Below, piece after piece: positions 39,715 to 55,171 of a stretch of DNA of 64,000 bases; within the stretch, counting starts at the first letter, position 1, and every line of letters begins with the position of its first letter. A program made the position numbers and the translations under genes. The stretch is from an uncultured Candidatus Rokubacteria bacterium. Lineage in GTDB: Bacteria; Methylomirabilota; Methylomirabilia; Rokubacteriales; DASRDR01. Location: positions 608,001 to 672,000 of the forward strand of contig CAWGVS010000006.1 of the NCBI GenBank assembly GCA_963826115.1, given 5' to 3'. The notes beneath the pieces are model-generated. The model made no database searches, was not told the DNA's origin, and was given only the letters and a program-made list of their open reading frames with translations.

Positions 39715-40539
39715 ATGCTCGCCCGCCAGGCTCCCCGCGACCGCTTCGTCACCGTCCACGGGCTCCGGCTCCGCTATCGCGACTGGGGCGGCGGCGGCCG
39801 TCCGCTCCTCGCCCTCCACGGCGCCGTGGCCCACGCGCACTGGTGGGACCCGGTGGCGCCCTACCTGGCGCGCCGCTTTCGCGTGCTGGCCCTCGACTGG
39901 CGGGGGCACGGCCGGAGCGCGTGGCCCCGGCCGCCCGCCTATCGCAGCGAGGACTTCGCCGCCGAGCTCGCCGGGGTGATCGACGGGCTCGGCTTGAAGG
40001 ACGTGGTCGTTGCCGGGCACTCGATGGGCGGCCACAACGCGATCGCGTTCGCCGCCTGGTACCCGGACCGGCTCGCGCGCCTGGTCGTCGTCGACGCGCG
40101 CCCCCACGTCAACTACGACCGGCTCCGGGCGCTCCAGCGCCGCGCGCCGCGCCCGCCGACCGACTTTCCCACGCTGGCGGCCGCGCTCGCCCGGTTCCGG
40201 CTCCGCCCGCCGGAGACCACCGCCTCGCCGGCTCTCGTCCGGCGCATCGGCCGTGCCGGCGTCGCGCGGCTCCCGTCGGGGCGCTGGCGCTACCGCTTCG
40301 ATCCCGCGTGCGAGCAGACCCGGGTGCCGGTGGACTGCTGGGCGCTGCTCCCGCGTATCGGTTCGCCGACGCTGGTGGTGCGGGGCGAGCACAGCACGAT
40401 CCTCGAGCGGGACGTCGCCGAGCGCATGGTCAAGGCCCTGCCCTCGGGGACGCTCGAGGAGATCCCCGGCGCCCACCACCACGTGACCTTCGACGCGCCC
40501 CGCGCGCTGGCCGATCGCATCGTCGACTGGGTCGGCTGA
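39715..40539 (+). CDS. alpha/beta fold hydrolase
   Basis: LHG, DWRGHG, GHSMGG, GAHHH. Confidence 0.9.
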   Translation: MLARQAPRDRFVTVHGLRLRYRDWGGGGRPLLALHGAVAHAHWWDPVAPYLARRFRVLALDWRGHGRSAWPRPPAYRSEDFAAELAGVIDGLGLKDVVVAGHSMGGHNAIAFAAWYPDRLARLVVVDARPHVNYDRLRALQRRAPRPPTDFPTLAAALARFRLRPPETTASPALVRRIGRAGVARLPSGRWRYRFDPACEQTRVPVDCWALLPRIGSPTLVVRGEHSTILERDVAERMVKALPSGTLEEIPGAHHHVTFDAPRALADRIVDWVG

Positions 40540-40631
40540 GGGCGTGGTCCGGCCGGGGCCCGGCGGACGGCGGCCCCTGGTATGCTGAGCCGCCGAAGGC
40601 GACCCACCTCGAGAGGAGCGGGAGGGCGACG

Positions 40632-41426
40632 ATGCGCGTGCTCGTGACGGGAGCGGCCAGCGGGATCGGCCGCGCGACGTGCGTGAGGCTTGCCCGGGAG
40701 GCCCGGGCGGCGGGCCGGACCGCGGGGGTGGCGGCGGTGGACGTCGGGCCCCCGGCGGCGCTGGACGGCCTGGTCGCGGAGCTCCGCGAGCTCGGGGCCG
40801 ACGCGCTGTCGATCCTCGCCGACATGGGCACGCCGGAAGCGCCGGAGCGGGCGGTGGCCGAGGCCGTCGCGCGCTTCGGCGGCCTCGACGGGCTCGTCAG
40901 CAACGCCGGCATCAACCGCCCGGGCCCGCTCCTCGACTACGCCGTCGAGGACTGGGACCGGCTCTTCGCGGTGAACACGCGGGCGACCTGGCTCCTCGCC
41001 AAGGCGGCCCACCCGGCGCTTCGCGCGTCGGGCGGCGCGATCGTGGCCGTCGCCTCGATGTCGGGCTCCCACGCCCACGCGGGCCTCGGCGCCTACGCCC
41101 CGAGCAAGGCGGCCGTCATCATGCTGGCCCGGGTCCTCGCCCAGGAGTTCGGCCGGGACGGCATCCGCGTCAACACCGTCTCGCCCGGCATGACGCGCAC
41201 CGGCATGACGACCCGCGTCTACGCGGACCCGAAGGTCGCCGCCGACCGCGACGCGCTCGTGCCGCTCGGACGCGTGGCCACGCCCGACGACATGGCCGCG
41301 GCCATCCTGTTCCTGCTCTCGCCCGACGCCCGCTACGTCAACGGCCACGACCTGATCGTCGACGGCGGGCTCACCGGCAGCTTCCTCGGCCGCCTGCCGG
41401 GGCTCTCGCAGGTCACGCGCGCCTGA
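40632..41426 (+). CDS. SDR-family oxidoreductase
   Basis: TGAASGIG, SNAG, YAPSK, VDGG. Confidence 0.92.
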   Translation: MRVLVTGAASGIGRATCVRLAREARAAGRTAGVAAVDVGPPAALDGLVAELRELGADALSILADMGTPEAPERAVAEAVARFGGLDGLVSNAGINRPGPLLDYAVEDWDRLFAVNTRATWLLAKAAHPALRASGGAIVAVASMSGSHAHAGLGAYAPSKAAVIMLARVLAQEFGRDGIRVNTVSPGMTRTGMTTRVYADPKVAADRDALVPLGRVATPDDMAAAILFLLSPDARYVNGHDLIVDGGLTGSFLGRLPGLSQVTRA

Positions 41427-41451
41427 CGGCGCGGCACAGAGGAGACCGACC

Positions 41452-42309
41452 GTGTCCCCACGACGCCTCCGATTCGGGATCAAGGTCGCCCAGATGGGCG
41501 GCACCTTCGCAGAGATCCGCGACGCGTGGCTCGAGGCCGACCGCCTGGGCTTCGACACCGGCTGGGCCCACGACCACCTCTTGAACCAGAACGACCACAC
41601 GAAGTCCGAGGACGAGGGCTGGACCATCCTGACCGCGCTCCTCGTCGAGACGAAGCGCATCCGCGGCGGGCTCATGGTGACGGCCAACACGTTCCGCCAC
41701 CCCGGCATGCTCGCGAAGATCGCGACCACGGTCGACGTCGTCTCGCACGGACGCGTCGAGGTGGGAATCGGGGCCGGCTGGCACGAGGACGAGCACAAGC
41801 AGTACGGGCTCCCGCTCCCGCCGCTCGGCGAGCGGATGCGCCGCCTCGAGGAGGCGTGCCAGATCATGAAGGCGCTCTGGACCGAGACGCGCGCGACGGT
41901 CGAGGGGACCTACTACCAGGTGCGCGAGGCGTACCACGAGCCGAAGCCCGTCCACAAGCCGCACCCGCCCATCGTCATCGGGACCAGCGGCGAGAAGGTC
42001 GGCCTCCGCATCGTCGCGCGCCACGCCCAGGAGTGGAACATGTCGAAGGGCACGCCGGACGAGTTCCGGCGCCTCTCGACGCTGGTCGACGGCTTCTGCC
42101 GCGAGGCCGGCCGCGATCCCGCGGCCGTCGAGCGCTCGATCCAGTTCGGGGCGGACGCGCTCCAGAACGGCGCGCCCGCGCTGGTCCAGCTCTCGCGCGA
42201 GTTCGTGGCGGCGGGCGCGACCCATCTCATCTACACGTGCCCCATCCCGTACAGCGCCGCCGGCGCCCGCCGCCTCTGGCACGAGGTCGTCACGCCCCTC
42301 AAGGGCTGA
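41452..42309 (+). CDS. LLM-class, probably F420-dependent, oxidoreductase
   Basis: GFDTGWAHDH, FRHPGMLAK, GIGAGWHEDEH, PKPV...PPIVIG. Confidence 0.85.
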   Translation: MSPRRLRFGIKVAQMGGTFAEIRDAWLEADRLGFDTGWAHDHLLNQNDHTKSEDEGWTILTALLVETKRIRGGLMVTANTFRHPGMLAKIATTVDVVSHGRVEVGIGAGWHEDEHKQYGLPLPPLGERMRRLEEACQIMKALWTETRATVEGTYYQVREAYHEPKPVHKPHPPIVIGTSGEKVGLRIVARHAQEWNMSKGTPDEFRRLSTLVDGFCREAGRDPAAVERSIQFGADALQNGAPALVQLSREFVAAGATHLIYTCPIPYSAAGARRLWHEVVTPLKG

Positions 42310-42317
42310 GCTCCGCG

Positions 42318-42812
42318 GTGGACGGGTCGGTCGGCGCGCTCGTCCTCTGGATCCTGGCCGCCGGGCTGGTCCTGGTCGGCGTCGTCGGCGTGGTGGTGCC
42401 GGGGCTCCCCGGCGCGATCCTGGTGCTGGCCGGCCTCGCGCTCGCGGCCTGGATCGACGGGTTCGCGCGGGTCGGCCTCGGGACCCTCGCCGTGCTCGCC
42501 GCGCTCACCGCCCTGACGTATGTCCTCGACTTCGTGGCCACCGCGGTGGGCGCGCGCCGCTTCGGGACCGGCTGGTGGGGCGTCGTCGGCGCGCTCCTCG
42601 GCACGATCGCCGGGCTCTTCTTCGGGCTGCCGGGCCTCCTCGTCGGGCCGTTCGCCGGCGCCTTCGTCGCGGAGCTGATCGCGCGGCGGGACGTCCGCCA
42701 GGCCGGCCGCGCGGGCGTCGGGGCGTGGCTCGGCCTCCTGCTCGGGACCGCCGCGCGCCTCGGCGTCGTGCTGGCGATGATCGGGATCTTCGCCGTCGCC
42801 TACGTGCGCTGA
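42318..42812 (+). CDS. DUF456 family membrane protein
   Basis: GVVVPGLPG, GARRFG, GPFAGAFVAE pattern. Confidence 0.8.
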   Translation: MDGSVGALVLWILAAGLVLVGVVGVVVPGLPGAILVLAGLALAAWIDGFARVGLGTLAVLAALTALTYVLDFVATAVGARRFGTGWWGVVGALLGTIAGLFFGLPGLLVGPFAGAFVAELIARRDVRQAGRAGVGAWLGLLLGTAARLGVVLAMIGIFAVAYVR

Positions 42813-43003
42813 CGCCGGCGTCGGCGTTCTGTCGCCGGCTCGCCGTGGCCGCGCCCTGGGCTCCGTCACCCGTGCGCGGTCAGGCCGTGATCTGACCCTC
42901 GCGGCCTGATGCCGAAGGGGTCCCGCGGCCTCGGCGCGCCGGGTCTTCGCCGGCGTCACGCCCGATGCCGGCGCCAGAACGGGGGCAGGGCCGGGAGACG
43001 GCT

Positions 43004-43033
43004 GAGGCCGCCGGAGGTTCCTCCGGCGGCCTC
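43004..43033 (-). terminator. 13-bp hairpin downstream of amtB copy 1
   Basis: GAGGCCGCCGGAG-GTTC-CTCCGGCGGCCTC. Confidence 0.6.
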
Positions 43034-43060
43034 GATGGCCTGCGGCGGCGGAGCCGGCCG

Positions 43061-44524
<1,464 letters not shown>

Positions 44525-44565
44525 CGTTGACTCTCCTTTCAGCAGGGATTCGGCGCCGAGCGTGT

Positions 44566-47060
<2,495 letters not shown>

Positions 47061-47064
<4 letters not shown>

Positions 47065-48191
47065 CGCGCCGCCAGCGCCTCGCGCGCGCCGAAGTAGGCG
47101 GGCTTGGGCGCGTAGTCCCGGTCGAAGAGGAGCGGCGCGTCCTCGCCGAACCGCGCGTGGATCCACGAGTGGCGGTCCGTCACGCCCCAGAACGTGACGC
47201 CCGCGAACCCCGGCAGGCCGACGCACGCGGCGATGGCGTCCCGGTACGCGCGGCGCTGGCGGGCGAGGGGGTCGCCCCGGCGGACGGTGCGGACGCGGAC
47301 GTCCATCTCGGAGATGCGGACCTCGAGGCCGAGCCGGAGGAGCCGCTCGACGTTGGCGCGGATCGCGCGGGGCCGGGGCGGCCGGGTCGCCCGGATGTGC
47401 ATCTGGAGGCCGACGCCGTGGACCGGGACGCCCGCGTCGAGGAGGCGCCGGACGAGCTCGTGGACGGCGTCCGCCTTCCGCCCGCCGCCCTCGGCGTCGA
47501 AGTCGTTGTAGTAGAGCCGCGCGCCAGGATCCGCCGCGTGGGCCCGACGGAACGCCTCCGCGACGTAGCCCACCCCCACGGCGCGCCGGAAGTACGTGTC
47601 GCGGAGGCGGCCGTCGCCGTCGATCGCCTCGTTGACGACGTCCCAGGCGGCGACGCGCCCCGCGTAGCGGCCGACCAGGGTCTCGACGTGCTCGGCGAGG
47701 GCGCCGCTCGCCGCGGCCCGGGAGAGCGCGGGCGTGAGCCAGCCGGGCAGCTGCTCGTGCCAGACGAGCGTGTGGCCGTGGACGCGGAGCCCGTGGGCCT
47801 CGGCGAAGCGGACGAGCGCGTCCGCCGGCTCGAAGTCCCACCGATCCGGCTCGGGGTGGACGCGCTCCCACTTCATGACGTTCTCGGGTGTGATCGCGTC
47901 GAACTCGCGGAGGAGCGTCCGCGCGTACACGGGCTCCTGCAGGAGCTCCGGCTCGACCGCGGCGCCGACGGAGACGCCGGCGACCGCCCGGAGGCCGGCC
48001 CCCGGCGTCGCGGGCGCGGCGGGGGTCAGCGGGCGCCGGGGAGCCGCGCGCGGAAGTGCTCGACCGCGGCCCGGAGCGAGAGCGGCGTGACCTGGTCCGA
48101 TCGGTCGAGACGGCTGAGCATCACGCCACAGGATAGCCCGGGGCCAGACCCCGCGGCGCGTGACGCCGTCCCGCCGGGGAGCGGGGGGCAC
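47061..48191 (-). CDS. glycoside hydrolase family 10 (endo-1,4-beta-xylanase-like)
   Basis: TPENVMKW, GHTLVWH, WDVVNE, YNDF, GLQMH, ISEMDV, WG motifs; start uncertain. Confidence 0.92.
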
Positions 48192-48204
48192 GAGGTAGAG
48201 ACGG

Positions 48205-48239
48205 CTCAGGCCGCCGGAAGCCGTCTCCGGCGGCCTGAG
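48205..48239 (-). terminator. 14-bp hairpin downstream of glnK copy 2
   Basis: CTCAGGCCGCCGGA-N7-TCCGGCGGCCTGAG. Confidence 0.6.
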
Positions 48240-48271
48240 AGCGTCCAGCGCGCGCGATCGAGAGACAGCCG

Positions 48272-48619
<348 letters not shown>

Positions 48620-48632
48620 TCAGGCGTCCGGA

Positions 48633-50208
48633 TCAGTGCTCGGTCACGGGCCGGGAGACGGCGTGGGCCATGCTGGCGGTCCCGCCCCCGGGGAGCGCGG
48701 CGCCCATGCGGGCGTGCGGCGCCACGACCGCGAAGTCCGGGTACGCCCCGATCCCGTGCTCGCCGACGTCCAGCCCCTCGAGCTCCTCCTCCGGGCTGAC
48801 GCGGATGCCCATGACCGCCTTGATGACCGCCCAGGCGGCCAGGCCCACCGCGAAGGTGAAGGCGCCGACGGCGACGACGCCGATGAGCTGGGCCATGAAG
48901 AGCCCCAGCCCGCCGCCGAAGAAGAGGCCGTTCCCGGTGGTGTTGGGCGTCATGGAGTCCTGGGCGAAGAGGCCCACCGCCAGCGTGCCGAAGATGCCGC
49001 AGACCAGGTGGACCGAGAGGGCGCCGACCGGATCGTCGATCTTGACCCGGTCGAAGAAGAGGACGGCGAAGACGACGAGGACCCCGGCGATGAGCCCGAT
49101 GATCACCGAGCTCCCGACGCTGACGAAGGCGCACGGCGCGGTGATCGCGACGAGGCCGGCGAGGGACCCGTTGATGATCATGCGAGAGGTCCGGCTTGCC
49201 GAGGAGCTTCCAGGCGACCAGGGTGGCGCTGAACGCGGCCGCGGCGGCGGCCATGTTGGTCGTGACCGCGATGCGCGCGATGTCGCCGGGCGAGGCGGCC
49301 ATCGTGCTGCCCGGGTTGAACCCGAACCACCCGAACCACAGGACCAGCGCCCCGATCGTGGCGGACGTCATGTTGTGGCCGGGGATGGGGTTGATCCGCC
49401 CATCCTTGCCGAACTTGCCGATGCGCGGGCCGAGGAGGATCACGCCCGCGAGGGCCGCCCAGCCGCCGACCGAGTGGACGACCGTCGAGCCGGCGAAGTC
49501 CCACATGCCGAGCTTGGCGAGGAAGCCGCCGCCCCAGATCCAGTGGCCGGTGATCGGGTACATGAGACCGACGATGACGAAGCTGAAGACGATGAAGGCG
49601 TGGAACTTGATCCGCTCGGCGACCGCGCCGGAGACGATCGTGGCCGCGGTGCCGGCGAAGACGAGCTGGAAGAAGAACTTGGCCCAGATCGGGACGCCCG
49701 TCCAGTTGATCGCCGAGTAGACGCCCTTGTAGGCCTCGCCGGTGGCCGGGCTGTTGTCCGCGCCGCCCACGAAGAAGAGGCCCTGCGCCCCGAAGAGCGA
49801 CGTCCCGTCGCCGAACATGAGCCCCCAGCCGATGATGAAGAACGCGAGCGACGACACCGCGAAGACGATGAAGTTCTTCGTGAGGATGTTGACGGCGTTC
49901 TTGGCCCGGCAGAGCCCGGACTCCACCATCGCGAACCCGAGGTTCATGAAGAAGACGAGGAACGCGGTGATGAGCACCCACGCGGTGTCCGCCGCGACCT
50001 TGAGGTCGCCGACCTTGCTCGCCAGCTCCGCCAGGGGATCGACCGGCGCCGCGGGGGCCGGAGCGGCGGCGGGAGCCGGCGCGGGGGCCGGCGCCGGGGT
50101 CTGCGCGCTCGCGCCGGCGGCGCCGAGCAGGACCGCGGCCAGGGCGAGGGCCAGCGGGAGCCACGCGGCCATGCTTCGAGAAGGACGTCGCGAGTAGCGT
50201 TGTGCCAT
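48633..50208 (-). CDS. amtB: ammonium transporter, copy 2, with a frameshift near 49182
   Basis: [45 protein letters not shown], then after one extra C: [22 protein letters not shown]. Confidence 0.93.
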
Positions 50209-50330
50209 GACCTCTCCTCGGGCTCGAAGGTTTACCCAGCCCCCCCGCGTCGTTGAGAGAGGGTGTGTATCCGCCACGCAGGTGCCGGCGCCATTGCCGC
50301 GCGACGCCGTGTGCTGCCCGCGCGAGGGAT

Positions 50331-50346
50331 AGCAAGCCGAATGCCC
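50331..50346 (-). promoter_or_regulatory. sigma54 promoter of amtB-glnK copy 2
   Basis: Minus strand GGGCATTCGGCTTGCT (GG-N10-GC, TTGCT). Confidence 0.7.
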
Positions 50347-50465
50347 GTCGAGACCGCGATCCGGGGGAGAGGCCCGGCGATCAGCGGTGACGGGCACTTC
50401 CGGCGCGATGGCGGCTGCGTGGCCGGGAGCTCGCCGCCCGAGGCGTGATGCGGGAGAGGGCAGGG

Positions 50466-50482
50466 TGCCTATGGACTGGGCA
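50466..50482. promoter_or_regulatory. NtrC-like enhancer palindrome
   Basis: TGCCTATGGACTGGGCA, about 120 bp upstream of the sigma54 box. Confidence 0.65.
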
Positions 50483-50639
50483 TCGGTGGGCGGGCACTCG
50501 GCCCCGAGGCCGGATGTCAGCGCCCGGTCCGGCGGGTGCGGATCCTTCGGCCCCGAGGGCGCGTGGAGCTGGCGCTCGGGACGGCGCGGGTCGGGAGGGC
50601 CCGCGGGGCGGTGGCTCCCCGCGGGCCCGGACTCGCGGC

Positions 50640-51429
50640 CTAGTAGGCGGGGAGCTTGCCGCTGGCGACGGTCTGCTTGACGGCGGCGGCCTCCTCGGAG
50701 GCCCGGGCCGCGAGGAACCGGCTGTCGCTGGCGAGCGTCACGAACTGCCAGCCCTGACTCGCCATCTTGAGCGCGTACTGGCTCGTCGCGTTGTGGAGGC
50801 CGGCGACGACCTTGTGGCGCTTGCAGGCCTCCAGGATCTTCCCGAGGGCCTCGACGACGGGCGGCCTCCGTCTGGTCGAGCTTCGGCGTGCAGCCCATCG
50901 TGAGCGAGAGGTCGGCAGGCCCGACGTAGATGGCGTCGACGCCCGGCGTGCTCAGGATCTCGTCGATGTTCTGGACGGCTTCCTTCGTCTCGATCATGGG
51001 CATCACGACCAGCGTGTCGTTCGCCGCCGTCGCGTAGTCCGTGCCGCCGTAGATCGAGGCGCGCACCGGGCCGAAGCTCCGGTAGCCCTTCGGGGCGTAC
51101 TTGCACGTCCTGACCAGCTGCTCGGCCTCCTTCCGGGAGTTGATCATCGGGCAGATGATCCCGTAGGCGCCGGCGTCGAGGATCTTCATGATGTGGGCCG
51201 GATCGTTCCACGGCACCCGCGCGAACGGGATCACGCTCGTCGTCGAGATCGCCTGGAGCATCGTCACCGCCGTCTGGTAGTCGACGACGCCGTGCTGCAT
51301 GTCCACGACCAGGGAGTCGAAGCCCTGGTGCGCCATCACCTCCGCCGAGAAGCTCGACGGGATCGACAGCCACCCGTTGACCACGACCCCGCCCTTCGCC
51401 CAGATCGACTTCACCGTGTTCTCGCGCAC
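50640..51429 (-). CDS. HpcH/HpaI aldolase family protein, with a frameshift near 50865
   Basis: VDMQHG, ARVP, LDAGAYGIICPM, MIET, YVGPADL; C-terminus VVEALGKI...GKLPAY in shifted frame; GTG start after AGGAAGGAG. Confidence 0.88.
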
Positions 51430-51568
51430 CGTCGGGCTCCTTCCTGAATAGGTCCGTCGTGAGTATCGAATCGCCGCGCCGCGGCCGGCCCGATGCCGGG
51501 AGATCCGCGGCACCCGAGGAGTATAGGCGCGCCGCGCCGGCCGCGCCACCCCGCCGCCGCCGCGATCA

Positions 51569-52894
51569 TCAGTTCGCGAGGTAGGCGTTCACGTCCGTGA
51601 AGGTGGTGATCTTCGTCGTCGAGTACGAGGGATAGTTCTTGTCGGCCTCGTAGACGGCCGCGTGGACCTTGGGGACACAGTCCGAGAACGGGATACCCCA
51701 CGCGAGCGTGAGGGAGGATGACGAGCCCGCGCCGCCGTACGCGGGGAGGGCGGCCAGAGGCAGATCCACGGTCGGGTAGCACCCGTTGTCGTCCCAGACG
51801 TGCACGGTCGTCGGGAAGGAGGCGGTACTGCCGTAGTTCCTGACGCGTACGCGGATCGCTCCCGGGCCGCCCAGCGCATTCCCCGGCTTGTAGATCCGGA
51901 TCATCACCGGCCAGAGCGACCACGTGTGCGGCTGGATCTGGATCTTCGGCCCCTCGAAGACCGCGACCTTGTCGGCGCTCGGTACGTTCCCCGGCTGCTC
52001 GATCTCGATGCTGATCTGGTAGATACCCTTGTCGACGCCGCTGGTGCCGCCGGTCGCCATCGTCAGGACGTCGGCCCGGCTGTGGCCCGCGGCGAGCGCG
52101 GGGACGTTCACGGTGGTGCCGATGCCTCCGGTCTTCCCGTCGAGCCAGATGGTCAGGGCGATCGACTGGCCCAGCCGCACGTTCGCCGGCCCGCCGCCGA
52201 CGTTCTTCACGGTGGTCCTCAGCTTGATCGGCTCGCCCAGCCCGAGGTAGTAGTCCGCCTGGATGAAGCCGGGGGCCGTCGAGGCGAACGCCTCCACGTC
52301 GTACGCCTTCCCGCTGAGCTTCTCCAGTCCGGTGAGCTTGTACTTCGCCGTCTTCTTGCCCTCCGTCAGCGCTACCACGACCGTGTTGGTCTCGTCGCCC
52401 GTGTACTGCGCGCTCGGGTCCATGAGGCAGCCCTTGACCGCGTACGACTTGCCGACCGCGAACTTCGACTGCGTCAGCGGGAGGTCGAAGCTGCCGGTCA
52501 AGCCGGGCAGGTACGCGGAGTCGAGGGTGTCGTCACGCTTGCCCGGGCAGTCGCCCGGCGCGATGGACCCCTCGCGGATCCGGATCTGGACGCCCGTCGC
52601 GGCGCCGACCTGGGTCGGGTCGAGCCCCCAGCTGGCCGTGACCTTGTCGGTCTTCTCCGCCTCGATGGAGAAGAGGCTCCCGTTGAGCTTCAGCGAGTTC
52701 AGCTTGACGTCGAGCGGCCGCACCGGGCGAGTGCGCGTGACGGCGCGCCCGGGCGGCGCCGAGGGCGGCGCGCTGCCGCGTGCGGGCTCCTCCGGGGCTT
52801 TGCGGGGTTGCTGGGCCGGCGCGAGCAGCGGCACGGCCATCACGAGGGCGAGGACGGCGTGAGGGAGCGCATGGACGGACCGACGAGGCTTCAT
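51569..52894 (-). CDS. secreted multi-domain beta-sandwich protein (CARDB-like repeats)
   Basis: Signal peptide; TTVKNVGGGPA and RVRNYGSTAS repeats, each followed by V/L-x-ALxA; AGGAGG RBS. Confidence 0.7.
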   Translation of the reverse strand: MKPRRSVHALPHAVLALVMAVPLLAPAQQPRKAPEEPARGSAPPSAPPGRAVTRTRPVRPLDVKLNSLKLNGSLFSIEAEKTDKVTASWGLDPTQVGAATGVQIRIREGSIAPGDCPGKRDDTLDSAYLPGLTGSFDLPLTQSKFAVGKSYAVKGCLMDPSAQYTGDETNTVVVALTEGKKTAKYKLTGLEKLSGKAYDVEAFASTAPGFIQADYYLGLGEPIKLRTTVKNVGGGPANVRLGQSIALTIWLDGKTGGIGTTVNVPALAAGHSRADVLTMATGGTSGVDKGIYQISIEIEQPGNVPSADKVAVFEGPKIQIQPHTWSLWPVMIRIYKPGNALGGPGAIRVRVRNYGSTASFPTTVHVWDDNGCYPTVDLPLAALPAYGGAGSSSSLTLAWGIPFSDCVPKVHAAVYEADKNYPSYSTTKITTFTDVNAYLAN

Positions 52895-53200
52895 ATCGGG
52901 CCTCCTGTCCTGCGGTCTTGGGGTGAGTATGATCCGACTCCGCGGGGGGTCAACCGGCGAAACGCGCGCCGGAGAGAGGGGCGGTGCGGCGGCTCCCGGG
53001 CGGCGCGGCCGCGCGTCAGGAAGCGCGGTCGACGTCGCGCGGGAACTGGTCGATTAGGCGTCCGTCACCGGCTCGGCGACGCGTCGGCCACGCACGTCTG
53101 CATCTTCACCGCGGCCGGCGCGCCGGATGAGCGGATCGACGCGCCGACCTCCGAGGATCTGCGGCCTCCGTCCTGAGCCCGCCCTGGGCGCGGGGTCAGG

Positions 53201-53608
53201 TCAGCCGAGGGGCTCGGTCGGCGTCCAGGCGCCCATCGCGCGAATCGCCTCGTCGGGCCCGGGCCAGGATGGCATCGTGATCGCGATGGCCGTGAGATCG
53301 CCGGGGCCGCGCGACCGGAACTGGAAGTGCGTGCCGAGCGGGATCGTGAGGCACACGCCTGGCTCGAGCGGGACGGTCTCCTCGCGCTCGCCCTGGCGGC
53401 GCCACATCTCGCCGCGCCCGCCCAGCACGTACCAGATCTCCTCGACGGTCCGGTGGGTCACCGCGCGCGAGACGCGGCCCGGGCCGAGCGCGAAGTGCGC
53501 CATGCCGCCGCCAGCGAGTCGAAGGAGCACGCGCACGTCGGCGCCGTCCGGCGCGCGGGCGTCAGGCCGGGCGGGGAGCCGTCTCGTCGCGAAGGCCGTC
53601 TCGGTCAC
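53201..53608 (-). CDS. cupin domain protein
   Basis: APDG, HRTVEEIWY, IPLGTHFQFR, TMPSWPG. Confidence 0.88.
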   Translation of the reverse strand: MTETAFATRRLPARPDARAPDGADVRVLLRLAGGGMAHFALGPGRVSRAVTHRTVEEIWYVLGGRGEMWRRQGEREETVPLEPGVCLTIPLGTHFQFRSRGPGDLTAIAITMPSWPGPDEAIRAMGAWTPTEPLG

Positions 53609-53647
53609 GCCGGGCTCCTTTCGCTGCGGGGGTGCGCTCCGCCGGGC

Positions 53648-55171
53648 TCACGCGCGGCGGGCCCGGAGGTGGTCCGCGAGGCGGAGGGCGAGGGCGACGA
53701 TCGTGAGCACCGGGTTCGCGTAGCCGCCCGTCGGGAACACCGACGGCCCGGCGACGTAGAGGTTCTCGATCCCGTGGACGCGGGCGTCGGCGCCGACGAC
53801 GCCCTGGCGCGGGTCCTCGTGCATGCGGGTCGTGCCCATGTGGTGGTGGCCGCCGCCCGGCGGCCGCGCCCAGCGGAGGTCGTCCGCGTCCAGCCCCGCG
53901 TCCCAGCGTCCGATCCCGGCGCGCGTCACCTCCTCGCCCAGGATCTCGAGCGCCCGCCGCATGCTGCGCTTGTCGAGGGGCGAGAGCCGCCAGTGGAGTT
54001 CCGCCCGGCGGCGGCCGAGCGCATCGCGCCCGGCGCCGAGCGTCACGCGGCTCTCCGGGTTCGGCGCCTGCTCCGCTCGCGAGTGGACGACGAGGGCGAC
54101 CGGCCCCGTCCGCGGGCCGCGCTCCCGCCGCGGGTTCCGCCGCCGGCGCGCCCGGGCGGTCCGGAGGCGCCACGCGACGCGCTCGGGCACGAGGCGGCGG
54201 AGGAGCCCGAGGGCCAGGCGCCGAGGGCGCGGGAGCGGCGGGCGGTCGACGAGCGCGCTGTAGCCGAGGAGCCCCTCCTGGCGACGCGTGTCGGCCGAGA
54301 GGACGAGCGTGCCCTTGACGCAGGTCGCGCCGGCGAAGTGGGGCGCGTAGAGGGCGGCGAGCCGCGCGTCCGCGAGGCGCACCGTGCCGCAGTCGAGGTG
54401 GAGGTGCTCCATGAAGCAGCGGCCGACCAGGTCGTGCGCGTTGCCGAGCCCCGCGGGGCCCGAGAGGAGCAGGAGGCGCGGTGTCTCGATGCCGCCGGCC
54501 GCCAGGACGACCACGCGCGCCGCGACGCGGAAGCGCGGCCCCCGGAGGCAGGCGACGCGGACGTGGGTCACCCGCTCGCCGCCGGGCGACGTCTCGAGCT
54601 CCGTCGCCGAGGCGTGGAGGTAGACGGCGACGCGGGGCGCCGCGGCGAGCTCCGCTCGGTAGACGGCCCCGAAGCGGGTCGGCGGGCTCATCTGGAACAT
54701 CGCCGTGCCGACGCGGCCGCCGTCGAGGGGCCAGGCGGGCCGCGCGCGGTCGGCCCAGTGCTCGGCGTCGTAGGCGAACGGGCCGAGCTGGCAGACCGCG
54801 TGCGCCCGCCGGTAGTAGGGCAGGAGGTGCGCGCGCCCGAACGGCCAGCCGCTCCGCGGGATCTCGGGGCGCGCCTCGAAGTCGACCTCGTCCAAGGGCC
54901 GGCACTGGCCGCCCCACTGGTCGGTCGTCCCGCCGAGGGCGGCGGTGCGGATCCAGTCGAGCGGGTAGTACGGCGCGCCGACGTTCGGGGCCCGGAGGAG
55001 CGCGCGCGTCCGCCGGCCGGGGACGAGGCCGCCGCTCTCGAGGACGACGACCCGGAGCGGCGTCCCGATCAGCTCGCGCGCGAGGGCGATCCCGGCGGCG
55101 CCGGCCCCGACGACGCAGACGTCGGCCTCGAGGACAATCTCGGACGGGACGTCCCGCGCGTCACGGAGCAC
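53648..55171 (-). CDS. GMC-family oxidoreductase
   Basis: GAGAAG, LGGTTDQW, GGIETPRLLL, VGRCFMEH, EQAPN, HHMGTTRM, ANPVLT. Confidence 0.92.
   Translation of the reverse strand: MLRDARDVPSEIVLEADVCVVGAGAAGIALARELIGTPLRVVVLESGGLVPGRRTRALLRAPNVGAPYYPLDWIRTAALGGTTDQWGGQCRPLDEVDFEARPEIPRSGWPFGRAHLLPYYRRAHAVCQLGPFAYDAEHWADRARPAWPLDGGRVGTAMFQMSPPTRFGAVYRAELAAAPRVAVYLHASATELETSPGGERVTHVRVACLRGPRFRVAARVVVLAAGGIETPRLLLLSGPAGLGNAHDLVGRCFMEHLHLDCGTVRLADARLAALYAPHFAGATCVKGTLVLSADTRRQEGLLGYSALVDRPPLPRPRRLALGLLRRLVPERVAWRLRTARARRRRNPRRERGPRTGPVALVVHSRAEQAPNPESRVTLGAGRDALGRRRAELHWRLSPLDKRSMRRALEILGEEVTRAGIGRWDAGLDADDLRWARPPGGGHHHMGTTRMHEDPRQGVVGADARVHGIENLYVAGPSVFPTGGYANPVLTIVALALRLADHLRARRA

Noticed and set aside
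53040-53176. Possible gene remnant ending LGDASATHVCIFTAAGAPDERIDAPTSEDLRPPS
   Set aside because: No start, RBS or recognisable motif; cannot be supported
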